Shown in pieces: positions 1 to 13,164 of a stretch of DNA of 64,000 nucleotides. The translations under genes were made by a program, and so were the position numbers. How positions within the stretch are numbered: the first letter of the stretch is position 1; each line of letters opens with the position of its first letter. The notes beneath the pieces were generated by a model. That model was not told the DNA's origin. It did not search any database and worked only from the letters and a program-made list of their open reading frames with translations. Source of the stretch: the human T2T-CHM13v2.0 reference genome, Homo sapiens; the NCBI RefSeq assembly GCF_009914755.1, contig NC_060934.1; one strand, given 5' to 3'.

Positions 1-3000
1 AATGGCTCCACATCCCCCATAAATCTAGCGAGTGGCTCTTTACTGCATCCATGGAGTTTGGTGCATTCACCTGCATTGGGTAACTACATAATCGTCTGAT
101 TCCTTAGAAAAAATATGAGCTGAAATCTACATGAATATTAAGGGGTTGAAAGCACATTACTACTCTTCTTCAAGTAAGTGTCTAAACTGTGACGACATCC
201 TAGAGCAAGCCATTAAGCACAACTTGGGCTCCACCCAAAGACAGGTTTCTGGCTCTTAAGAAATATGGCCAATGCCTCAAAATGAAACATTCAAAGATTA
301 ACCAGACACTCTCACCTAATTGCAAATGCTGCCCCATAAAACACAGGCAACCAGTAGCACAAAGTAGTTCCGGATTAAATACCATCATTATTTTTTGAAG
401 GTTTTAAGAATATGCTTCTAAAAGACTGTCGTTTTGAGCCGTTTCCTGCCTATTCCCTGCATGATAAAGTCAAAACCTCTCAGTCTGGCATTTAAGTCCT
501 TCGGAGCAGGCCCCGTATCCTTCCCCAGCCTCCCCTGCCAGCATCTCCTTCCTCACGTTGACACTTCAGCCCTTGAGCTCCAGGAGGTATGATGACTTTG
601 TTCACCTCCAGCTGTTCACCCTGCCCAAAATGCAACTTCCTATCTCATCTTTAGTACCAGGGTTTGTATCAATGCTTCAAAGCTCAGTTCTAACAGCTCT
701 GAGCCCCAAGTAGTCTTCAATAACCAGCACCCCTAACCCCTCTGACCCCACCATGCCCTGGCTGGGCTGGATGTCCTCGGTGCTTTTGTGATACCTGCTG
801 ATCACTGCAGTACAGCCTGCTCAATGAGTGGAGACTGCTGGGCCCAGCTCTCTGCCACATCTGTGCATGAGGAAGTAAGCTCCCTGAAGGCAGGGGCCAG
901 GTCTCTATAGGCAGGCTTATTAAAGGAAGAAAGGGAGAGAGGGAAGAAGGAAGGGAGACATTGCATTTGAAATTTGGAAACCCATAAAAATATGAAAAAG
1001 ATGGAACATTTCCATGCAACCCTTCTTAGCAACACCAGAAGGGGTTGGAGGACAGGCAGCTGCTGTGCTTTTCCAACCTGCCTCTCTCCATGTGTCCTCA
1101 TTCCTATCTGGAAGCAGGTTGGCAACAGGGGCAGGAAGTCCCACATTCTGGAAGCAGGGCTAATGTATTCATCATTTCATAACTGAGATCCTGGACTTAT
1201 GCAGAAGCCAGAATAAAAGGTAGGATGTTTTACCGGCAAGAAAGGAGCTGTTCCTCACAGCTAGGTTATCCCTTGGTCTCCTGGTCTCTCCATTTTTTTC
1301 TCTTTTCTTTTCTGTCTTCCTATCTATGTCTCTTTAACAATCACCAGTCTCTCTCTCTCTTTCTCTGTCTCTCTCACACACATAGACCACAACAATTAAC
1401 TGTGGGTGGTCCAGGCTGAAATTGTCCAAACCGTCACTAAACTAGGCATTGTGAAGGGACAAAGCTAAAAGCAGACAATGACTTCCCATCCAAAGGACAA
1501 GCTCTCCCTGCATGTGGCTCACAGATGATAGGCTAGAGGCTGGGGCTGAGCCTGAACCTGTGTCTCCAGGCCCCCACCCTTGCCCACAGCTGCCCAGGAA
1601 GACAAATTCCTGACAGTGCAATTTTCATCCACCTGGAGACCCTCCCCTGCTCCGCTGACACAAGGGGCCTTTGCACAGAGGAAACCAGGTTGAAGACTTA
1701 GGGAAAACAAGCAAAATCCAAAACAAACAACACGGAGCGGGTGCAACGTGTGCCAATTTGGGGGCCTGGTCTTTCCCATCCTTCTCATCCTTCTTGGTTC
1801 TACTGGGGGTGGCTTTGGGGCCACCCCATCACAGCTGCCTACTGATGCTTCTGTGCATAGAGACCTGGGTGGTAACAAGCAGGTGAAGGGTGCACACTGG
1901 TCATGGCGTGGAGGGGCTGACATGATGAGGAGAGGTCAGATATGTGTAGCCCTTCCTTACAACTGCTAGTCAGAATAATTCACTGTCCCTCCCACTGACT
2001 TCTTTATACAAAATTTTCCAGTAGCCAAAGAAGCTTGGGACAGAACCATCAACTATTCCTTTCAGGGCCTTTTCCTCAAAGGTCTGTCTTCCTTCCCTTC
2101 TGAGCTCCAGGGGTGATAGGACAGCCACTGAGGCTGCAGCTGGCCCCAGCTTCACATTCCCTTACATGGAGATACACAGAAGGCCAGAGAGGAAGACAGA
2201 TATCCCCGAACATTGCAGATGTACTGAGTTAAGCAGTGTCCTTCCAGGGAAGAGACAGCATAAGGACAGAGAGCTCACTACCTGGTATAATGCAGAGTCC
2301 TGTAAGGAGCGAGGGACGCCCACCCCTGTCCTCACCCCTGACCTGCCAGGAATGCCCTTATGGACCAATGAATGGAGGGTGCGATGTGGCCAGACACCCA
2401 GGCCACACACATGGTGGACCCAGCCTTGCTGTCCAGAGGTGCCAAATCCCTTCCCCAAATCAGTCTGAGAAGGAGCCCGCCGGCTCTTACCTCCTCCTGG
2501 CTGTTTTTCTTTCCTGTCCCAGTTTATTTTTTGTGCCCCTTGGACCTTCTACCTCTGAAACCATTTAATGAACTGCCCTGTACTATCTGAGCCTCCAGTA
2601 AAAACAAAAACAGACAAAAAACAAAACAAAACAGAAGTGCTTTTGGGTTTGATGCAGGTTGCTTTACCACTTCCTGTTTGAGGTTTATATCCATCTGCAC
2701 CCACAGAGTCTCTAAGCAGAGCTGTGGTTCTAGACATAGCTGAGGTCTATGTGGCAGAGAGTGACAGCCCCACGGATGGTGTGGCTGGGCATGTGGAGTT
2801 TCTGCTGGCAAAGCATCACCACCAAATGACACTACTTTCCACCCTTCCGTAGGGCAAAGGTCTCCGGGGGACCTTGGTGAAGGCTTTATTTCAGAAAAAA
2901 AAAAAAATTTAAAAAAGAGCTTGCAGAACACAAACCCAGTAAGAAGGAAGTGTGGAGGGGCAGAATCAGTTTGCAGTTGGCACACATGGGGAGAAATGTG

Positions 3001-3530
3001 TGCCCAGAACCCGGAGTGTGGACAGAGCTAGTGTCCCCCAGGCTGGGTGCACCCAGGAGGGACAGGGGCAAGGCTGGGCCCTGCAAGCAGGAGGAATATA
3101 GGGAGAAAGGAGTGCTGGGAGGGACAGGGATCCCCTGATGCGCTGGGAGAGCAGCGCCCTGTGTCCCTTGGTGAGAAGTAAAAGAGAATCAGGAAGGAAT
3201 GGGCTCCTCTCTTACCCTACAGGTGGTCTCTCCAGGTCAGGGTGGAGGCACATGGGCGGGGCAGGGTAGGGAAGGGCTCTCTGGCGCTGCCCACGCTGTA
3301 CCTGCTCTATAGATAAATACAGGACTTTAGTGGCTAAGGCTGGTACTGCAGCACTTTGTTCAAGCATGAAAACATCCCCTACATTTCTTCTCTAGTTTTA
3401 AAAACAAAATAAAACAATAACAAAATCCCCCAATATAAAACACTGCTGCCTCCAGACAAGATGACTCAGGTAAATACTAACTAGAAACAACCTGCCCTCC
3501 CAATGGCCCAGTGTGACACTCCTGCCTCTA

Positions 3531-3830
<300 letters not shown>

Positions 3831-4579
3831 CTATAGCCACTGACGTCATCAACTCAGCCACCGGGGCCCTGGCCCCTGCCCCACCATGCTGGCCCCACCA
3901 CAGACAACATTGAGCCATCCTAGCAGCTTTCTGCCTTAGCTCTTCTCTTCCCAGTCTACTCTCCACACTGCAGGTAAAGTGTTATTCCCAAAACGCACAT
4001 TAGGTTTTGTCACTCCCCTCCCCAACAGCCCCTCTGCCCTCTCCCACCCTATTCCACTGCCCAAGGATAAAGTCTAACAGCAAATCACATAAGGCCCATT
4101 ACATGGATTCTGTGGCAAGAGCTCAAGGTAAAACTAGGAAATAGACATGAAAGAGGCAAACATTTAGGTTGTGGATTTAGGATATTCCTGATCATGAAAA
4201 TGCTTTCTTTTGAGCTTTCATTACTATATCCTAAGTCTCTCCCACTGGGATTCACCAAATTATTCATACAGTCATTTGATTTGAGGATCTTCTGTGCTTT
4301 GCCTAGTATGATGTTCAGCACTACTAAGCTTATGGTCTAGAGATACAATCACTGACCCTAAAAAAATTAGCTCAATCAAAGTGCAGGCAGAGCTGTGATT
4401 TAAAAAAATGAATCAAAGTAGAGGTTCCAGGAAACAACACATGGTGAGTGCTGTCCACTGGAGGACTAGAGAAACCCTCACTAAGGAGCTAACATGTAAG
4501 GGGAAGCTTGAAGGATGACTAATTATAAAACAGCTCACATGGGTCTAGCATGTTCTAGTGCCAAGGAGTATCCTCCATG

Positions 4580-4730
4580 CTTGGCAAATAGTGTTGAATC
4601 CTCATTTGCATGCCAGTCCTTTGAGATGGTTATTCCTATTTTCCCATTTTACAGAGAAGGAAATCAAGGCACAGAGAGGTGAAATGTCTTGCCAAAAGTC
4701 ATTATGAGGCTGCCAGGGTTGGCTTTCAAC
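4580..4730. mobile_element. MIR SINE fragment (representative; similar fragments near 6060-6520, 16320-16480, 17340-17560, 23380-23550, 31660-31870, 39000-39190, 48460-48650, 50950-51150, 54350-55080, 57550-57780, 58670-58830, 59390-59520)
   Basis: MIR core cccattttacagagaaggaaatcaaggcacagagaggtgaaatgtcttgccaaaagtca; the other sites show the same core or its reverse complement. Confidence 0.7.
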
Positions 4731-7396
4731 TTGGGGGAGGAAGAAACTTCCTAAGACTAAAACCCCATGTGAAAGTCATGTCTGGGGTAGCACTTAGCAC
4801 ATTTAAGAAGCAGAAAAATGGCCAGTGAGACTATTGGGTGATATGGGAGCAGGCATTAGGTGAGGACAGGGAAGAAGGCAGAGCCCAGAACACAGGCTCT
4901 GAGGGGGCATGAGAGGCAGTTTCGATTTCATCATGTGTGCAATGGTGGGACAACCCATGCTGCTTCTATACTCCCCATTGTGGTTTTCTTTGGTTGTGGT
5001 ATTTTGTCTGTAACCCAGAAGTCTTAACAGAGAGCCAGTGGTAGCTGGTAGTACCCAGACCCCAAACACCCAAGCTTTCATTGGGGAGTGGAGCTCTTTA
5101 AGCCTGATCCATGGTGATATTTTCGACTGTTATCATCAGTAGAGGTCCCTCTGAGTTCTCTGGGTATGTGTCGTTAGAGAGCAACAGTTGTTTATAGCCA
5201 GGAAAAATTCACTGCCCACTGGACAGTTGTGTGATCTCTACCCTGGACCTGCATTCCAGGTCAGCTGTGACCACAAACATGAGGTCTTGCTCAATTCCCA
5301 CACATGGGCTTGTGTCTGGTGGAGACAAGAGCCACAACCCTGAGGGGGTCCCAAGATGTGTCAGCATCATGGGTCCAGTACAGCATGGCCTCCTGATGGC
5401 TGGGAATGGCCTGGCTCAGTGCAAAGATTGGCTTTGGAGGCACCAGACCTCACCTGGACCAGGGACTTGCTCCTACTAAAGATCAGTGTTCTCATCTTTG
5501 CAACATAAACTGTTGACCGCCACTTAGATGAGCAGACCCTTCAGGACAGGAGCTGTGGGTTACTCTGTTTTCCCTGAGCAAGCACAGTGGCTGGTACCAC
5601 TAAGGCTGTCTGTTGTGTCAATAAATGTGTGAATGTACTAATGAGTAATGAAAACTTGACTAAGATGGCTGTGGTTAGATATTGATATAATGTCCTTTAA
5701 GTGCTTAGGGCACTGATCAGCATGTAAGACACAGAATGTGGCTGTGCATTCAGTGACTTAGTTGTTAAGATACATGTGCACTTATATGGTTTGGGGTCAT
5801 GCTTAGATTGCCCCAGAACACTACAGACCTCTCTCATGGCACACCACATGGTGAACTGGACAGCCGCAGTGTTGCACCACCTCATATGGATCATGTCGGG
5901 CCAACTCCGTGGCTACATGTCTGCCTGTTCACTGGCCTTAATAAGTCTCTGCTGGTAGGGGTGAGGAGGCTGAGCCTCCTGGCAGTTGCAGGAACCTCAG
6001 GGACAGATAGGCAGGACCTCAGGGCCTTTGAGGATGTCAGCAGTTGAAAAACTAGCTAGCTATGGATAGACAGTAGAGCTTCGTGTTCATGGATATCCAT
6101 TCAAATCCAGGCTTGGAGCCTCTCAAATTTAGCTCTCTCATCACTAAAGCCTGAGGTTATAATAAATGTACCTACCTCACAGGATATTGCGACAAAATGA
6201 GAAGAGGGAACACATACAGACCGTTAGCTCGAGATCCAGCCAGTAATCAGAGCTCCATAAAAGCTGGTTAGTAGTTGTCAGCCTGATGGCCACATTGACC
6301 AGTAGCCTTATCCTGCCAGCACTGACATGAGCGACCTTTTATAGAGAACACAGTAGGAGCTGATCATATTACACTGTTTGAATCCTCATAACAGCCTGCA
6401 AAGTGGTTCTTATTATGTCTATTTTACATCTCAAAGACCTAAAGCTCAGAATCTAGATGACTTGCCCACTGTTGTAATTAGAAAGTGGTGATGCTGCTCA
6501 TCAGAGCTGGGTCATTCTGACCCAGGAGGCCATGCTCTTTCCAGAACAGCAGGCTGTTCTTCCGGGGCCAGCTTCTGGCCCAGGGGATGGTGAGGCTCTG
6601 GCCAGATGGTGGTTGTGGGGTCAGATCCCCACTCCTCCGCTCATTAGGCAGATCCTGTGCAATGTCAGGCAAGTTGCTTAATTTTGCTGACCTTCTCTTC
6701 TTCCTGCTCCCTATAATTGTATGCATTTTTTATACCCAATCTTATCCCAGAATGATAGTAAGGCAATTTATACGAAAGCATAACATAAAACAAAAAACCT
6801 AAACAAACAAAGGAAATTTAAGTATGGAAGGGACAGAGGAAAGCTAAAACAAGTCACGGGTACAAAATGACTTTGAAAATGAGGCTAAACTAATGCACAC
6901 CATAATAATCCATACTCTCGCTTACGAGGAAGCCAGAGGGATAATAGCCACTTCCTGAAGCCAGTTGTTCTATTTTCCAGACAGATATAATTGCAGGTGC
7001 TTTTTTTCATTCAATAGCTGTGGAGCCTGCTACACAGTAGGTGCTCAATAAATGGCTATTAAGTTGCTAAACATTTATTGAATGCCCCAACTGCATGCTG
7101 TGGTCTGCAAGCCTGTTTATAGCACATAAGCCCTACCACACACACACATACATCTACATCCTGTCCTCTGCCAAAGCAAAGGAGCATATCTTTATTGAAG
7201 GAAATAGTTTAGTTCCCAGGATGAAGGGGAAGACAGTTATAGCAGTTCCACATAAGGCTGGGACCTGTCATTTATACTAGAACCTGTTTTCTGCAAATGG
7301 CATCAGGCATTGCTCTCAGGACCTATCCCTTCATTCCTCTGAAGCTAGAGGCAGCTCACAGTTCTGCATGCACCATACAACAAAGCCCCCCCCCCC

Positions 7397-7681
<285 letters not shown>

Positions 7682-10025
7682 CAACAGAACCTTTTAAAGA
7701 ACCACTGGCATCAGTAAGTTGGCAACCTGAGGTCTGAGTGTCCCCACTCAAGGGATAATTCCAGCCCAGGAGGAACTGTACCCTACAGGAAGATGAGGAA
7801 ACTGTGGGAAGCCAGCACAGGCCACTGGTGACATTTCCTTATAATCACAGAGCACATGCCTTCTGATGAAAGCAAATAGTAATCAATCACTACTTGCCAA
7901 AATGACATGGAAACTGGACTAGCCACATTTGATTATGGTGACTATTGGAGTCAGGAGAGCAACCCATGGGGTCTCTGTTGGGAGGTTTCACACAGGGACC
8001 TCACGGTCAGTGAGTGGACAGGTAGTGGGCAGGCCTGTTTCAGAAAGCCTGGTCTCTGGAAACACACACCCCATGTTGGCCCTGGCCCTGGTCCTCTGAA
8101 GCCACACAAAGGACATCTCACTCCTTCTGCCCCCAGCAAGGCTTACGATATTGGAGGTGGGCAGCCACACCCCTCCCCACTCATCTCCATCTTCTCCAGG
8201 TTGAGTATTCTCAGGTTCTGCTCTGACCTAATGGGAGCCCCCTCTGCTCTGACTCCATTCAGCAGTCCAGCCAAGACCCGGGTTCCTGGACTAATGTCTG
8301 CTGCCTCTTCTCTCCAGTGTGTCAGTGTTCACTTCAGCAGACTCTCAGGAGCCATCTGAGCAGTGTGAGCACACGGGGACTCTAACCTTTCCTCGCTGGG
8401 GCCCCTGTGCTTCCATGAGCGCTGCCTTGGGGTACATGAGCAGTCTTGGTGCTGCTGCTGTGTTGGCCCCATGGGCTCTCTTACCATCTGTTCTAGAGAG
8501 ATGCTCAGAGGTTGATGGTCTGTGGAATCATCCTGAGCCTCCCATTTCGGAAAACCAACTGGTGCGAACCTCAAGAACACCAACGTGTTATAAATCCTGG
8601 AGAGAAGCCATTCTTTCTTCATGCATTTAATCTGAGCAATTGATAAATCACTACTCCTCCTTCCCTCTTGTCATCTCTCTCTGCTCCAGAGAGCAGAGGG
8701 AGGAAAAGAATGTATACTTGATTAAATTTAAGGGAAAACCCAAAAGCCTCATTTACCTTAATTAGCCCTACTCTTTTCCTTAGTTTTGCAAAGAAGCCAC
8801 TGAATGGACTGGTTGCAGGCCCTCCTCCTCAGCCTTCCCTTGGTGGGGCTGAGGTCCAGGTACTCATGAGCAGAAGGGCACAATCTGGACATCTAGAGTG
8901 TGAGAGAAGGGAGGTCGTGGTGCTTGGAGATCCAGCAGCCACATGGGCATAGCACTAGGGCTCAAGAGACCTGGATTCTACTCCCAGCTCTGCCAGCAGC
9001 TGGCTCAGCAACCCAGATATCCTAGTTGCCCTCTGAACTGCAGGATGTTAAAGAAATGGTTTATGAGGACTCTCACGTCTCCAAATAGAAGTTCCTTAGT
9101 ACTGAAATTCATGCATTAATCAGTCAATGAGTGTTGCCCCTGAGCCTGGCACGATGCCAGCCTTTCCATTCAGATGCTTCTGCCTCATTTTGGATTTGGG
9201 TGGACTCTGGCAGAGCCTGCCCCAGGGCTTCTGCACTAGGCTCTGCAGATTCATCCCTTCACCCAGCAAAATGCCCTTCACAGATATGTGCAAGAAGATG
9301 GCCCAAGGCTTAGACACCTTGGCGACAGGAGCCCCTGTTTGCAGGCTGACTACTGGACAAAGGCCACTGAACTACCCATGCCCCACTTCCACCCTTCCTG
9401 GCTAAGGCCACATCCCTTCCCTGCCCCAGCAGACAGCATCTCCTTGGACCAGGAAAGTTCTGCCCTACAATCAGAGGCCCCATCCAGCCACGTGCAAATA
9501 AATATGGAGACATTCTGCTTCTCTGACTCTACTTTTTTAAAGTCTCCACATTGACTACTGCCACATTACAGGTACATTTCTCTTTAAAAGTGATTAGTAG
9601 GCCCTTATCAGATCCTGCTAATTATTCATTTTTCTGGCTAACTCCTCCTCATTCTTCCAGCTTCAGGGGTGTCCCCTCCTCTGGGAAGTTCTCCCAGATA
9701 TCCTGGGTCTGGTGAGATGCCGTTTTCTCCCTGCCTCTACCCTAGCATCCTGAAGACGTCCTTGCCATGTGCTAATATGCCCTAGGCTGGCATTACCTGC
9801 TCCTATCAGAGATCCCACAGAGACTCTGAGCCTTCCTGGCAGGGACCATATACTTCCACAGGGTCTGAGGGTAGGGGAGGAGGAAGCAGTGGGACATAGT
9901 ATGTGCTTGGGAAAATATGACGAACAAAGATGTTTGCATTGGCTCTTATCTTCTAAGAGGTTATTCTCCTACCCTTGACCACTAGAGTCCTGAGGCAGCG
10001 GTAGTTACCTTGCTGCCCAAGCCTA

Positions 10026-10241
<216 letters not shown>

Positions 10242-10446
10242 TCAGCTTTGATTGGTGAGCCATCTTGATGGTGGGATTTGAGGGACCCATCCTCAATGGT
10301 CTTCCTACCCACCAGACAGCACAGCAACTCTGCTACTGTTTTCTGGCCTACAAATGCCAGCATTGGTTGAGGCCACTCACTTTGACTAGACATAAAAGGT
10401 GCGCAGGCCAGCCACAAAACATCTCATGGAGAGGGGAAGGGCAGAG

Positions 10447-10804
10447 GAGCTAGAGGTGGGCTCTAAGACGAGCTTCCTGGTCACAGTGCTATGGGCCTAT
10501 GTCTCAGATTAGAGGGCTCAGCCATGGAAAGTGCAGAAAATCTAGTGCCAGGTGACTGAGATTCTGAGATCAGAAATGTTGGGGAGAATAATATTTGGGG
10601 ATGAGGAATAGGGGAGAATAGAACTGTGGCATATCTTACCCACTGATATTTCTACTTAGAACTTGTCTGAGCTCTGCTTAGGGTGAATGTGGAAAATAGC
10701 CCTGAATTCAGTGCTGCGGAGTAATGGTGACTTAATATCAAGCACAAGCACATGTCTAGAGCCCCCTGTGCATGAGGAAAAATCCATTAGGGACAGGGCT
10801 TGAC
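10447..10804. repeat. Local direct duplication A, copy 1 (partner 12813-13164)
   Basis: Colinear similarity over ~360 bp; exact 22-mer tgatatttctacttagaacttg at 10644-10665 and 13005-13026. Confidence 0.9.
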
Positions 10805-10861
10805 TGTTATGGTGCCACGCCAGGCTTCTGCCACTTGTCTTTTACTGCCCACATATGAAGG

Positions 10862-11065
10862 TATGCACATGCCTGCACACACCCCTACACATGTACACAC
10901 ATGCCTGTACACACATGCCTGCACACAAACACACCTGTGCACACGCACATACATGTGTAATAAGCACACATATATGCACCCATAAATATGTGTGCACATA
11001 TGCATGCACACACTCACATGCATATATGTTTGTACACACACATAAACATATATATGCACACACAG
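10862..11065. repeat. Degenerate (CA/TA)n tract (UG-rich in GRID1 pre-mRNA)
   Basis: About 200 bp of alternating purine-pyrimidine cacacatg/catatg units. Confidence 0.85.
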
Positions 11066-12559
11066 GTGCAGGTTTCTGGTGTCACTATCTCCACATCAGT
11101 GCAGTGGTGGCAGATTCTTCCATCAGGAACTTGCCTGCAGCGACAGCTAAAGCCCTACTCTGTCGCACTCATCCACAGCAGAGGTTCTCTTCTATCCTGA
11201 ACAACAATTCTAACTTTGCCTGGAGTTTGGGCACTCGGAGGGAATGCAAGCTGCTTTACTTTCTGGAAGGAGATGCAAACCTGACACTGCCACCTGGCCA
11301 TCTTAAAACAAAGTAGAATGTTCTTAATGCAGCAAAGTGCCTGCCTTTAATGCTATAGTGAGCACACAGACACCCCTTTGCCGCTTCTTTCCTTTTTACC
11401 ATGGCTTGCACCAGATGATGGGGGCCTCATTATGGGCTTAGTGACAGCACTGAAACATCACAGACAATAATAGGCCATGCTAGCAAGCTACAGGCTTCTT
11501 GGCATTGTTGAGGACATTGTCCCTGGCTCCTGCCTTTGTTCAGTTGAGTCTTCATGTCCACTGAGACTTTCCAAAGAGTGTCGTAGCTACTTAGATGAAG
11601 TTAGTCAAGATTTTATTTCTTTCAAGACCCCAAGTGCTCATGGCCCAAGACAGCTTATTTCCTTGTCAGAAGTTCTCCATTAGAAGGATTTGTGGGCAGA
11701 GTGTGACCTCCTGCAGTGGGAAGAGCCTGTTCCCAGACATTCAGACAATTTTGCCCAACGACCTTGTAAGAAATGACACACACCTGTGCCACTCATTGAC
11801 TTTCACCTCGAGGAGCAATCCAAATATTACACCAAGGCTTCAGTCCTCAGCCAATCCAATTTCAGAAGTCCTAAAGGACTTTGACCCAGGTTGCAAAATT
11901 ACACACATCTCTCTCCTTCCTTGTAGGAAGATAACAGTCCTATAAATTTTTCCTGCTGGCAAACAAGTTTTCTCACAAAAAGATAGACATTTTCAACCTC
12001 TTAGTAACCAAGTTTCTCAGCAAAATGTTGACTTATGACCTAATATTTGGCTTTAGTCAGACTTTGGAGCATTTCACATCCATGCTTGCAATTCAACATG
12101 ACAATCAGACATTGTTATTTGTATGATTTCAAAAGGGTATGTCACGTTGAGGGAAAAATTAAGATAAAGGTTTGTTTCTACATTTCAAGTGATGCTCCAA
12201 GAATGAAAACAAAATATGCTGGCTTAGAGAGAATGGAAAGGGACTCCAAGGAAAGCCTGATGTGGCCACTCTAATGGGGCACTTGGCTTCCTTCAAGCCA
12301 TTTGGGCATTTGTGACTCAGTTTGGGCTCAGGGACAGGTGAGCACAGCTGCATGAAAGCACCCACATTTATAGTCCTGCTGGCCTAAGCTGAGAAAGAGG
12401 GAACATCCAGAAGGGATGCTGGCAATGGCTCAGCCTCAAATCCCTGCTAACCAGGAAGGAAGTCCGGAGGAGACGGTAGGAGCTGCCTTCTGGACCTACT
12501 GAACACTCCATCTCCCCATTTGCCTATTTGTAAACAGGGACTAAGTTCATCATTATATT

Positions 12560-12700
12560 TATTTTTTCTTTTTTTTAAAAAAAATATAGACAGTCTTGCT
12601 ATGTTGCCCAGGCTGAACTTGAACTCCTGGGCTCAAGCAATAGTCCTTCTTCAGCATCTTGAGTTGCTGGGACTACAGGTTCACGCCACTATGCCAGGCT
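12560..12700 (-). mobile_element. Alu monomer (FLAM/FAM-like)
   Basis: Single arm: tcttgctatgttgcccaggctg...gggactacaggttcacgccactatgccaggc. Confidence 0.85.
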
Positions 12701-12812
12701 GCCAATATATTTCTTGTGTCTGCTTGAGGAAGCATGTGGCTGGATCCTGAATCTGTCTGAAAATGCCAAAGCAGGAGCACCTGGAGAGGGTGCTATCCCA
12801 CATTTTGTGATG

Positions 12813-13164
12813 GGAGCTGGAGGTAGGCTCTAGGATGAGCTTTCTCATCATGGCATGGGCTTATGTCTCAGATCGAGGGGCTCACCTTTGGAGACGGCAG
12901 AAAATCTAATGCCAGGGGATTGCAATTCTATGGAAATGTAGGGGAGTATAACAGTGTGGAGATGAGAAAGAGGGGAGGATGGACTGTGGTAAATCTTACC
13001 CATTTGATATTTCTACTTAGAACTTGACTGAGCCCTGCTTAAGGTGAACACAGGAAATGGCCTTGACTTCAGTGCCTCCAAGAACTGGTAACAATATCCA
13101 GCACAAGTACATGCCTAGAGCTCCCTGTGCATGGGGAAGAACACTTTATGGACAGGACCCTGAC
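12813..13164. repeat. Local direct duplication A, copy 2
   Basis: Aligns end to end with 10447-10804 at an offset of ~2360 bp. Confidence 0.9.

Noticed and set aside
11135-11196. 62-nt cryptic exon (ttgttgttcag| ... CAG|GCAAGT) before the UG tract
   Set aside because: GC donor and short pyrimidine tract; such pairs arise by chance and there is no independent support.
10787-11316. ORFs rich in C/V/H/T (also 18087-18763 and 35968-36611)
   Set aside because: Translations of (CA/TG)n low-complexity DNA.
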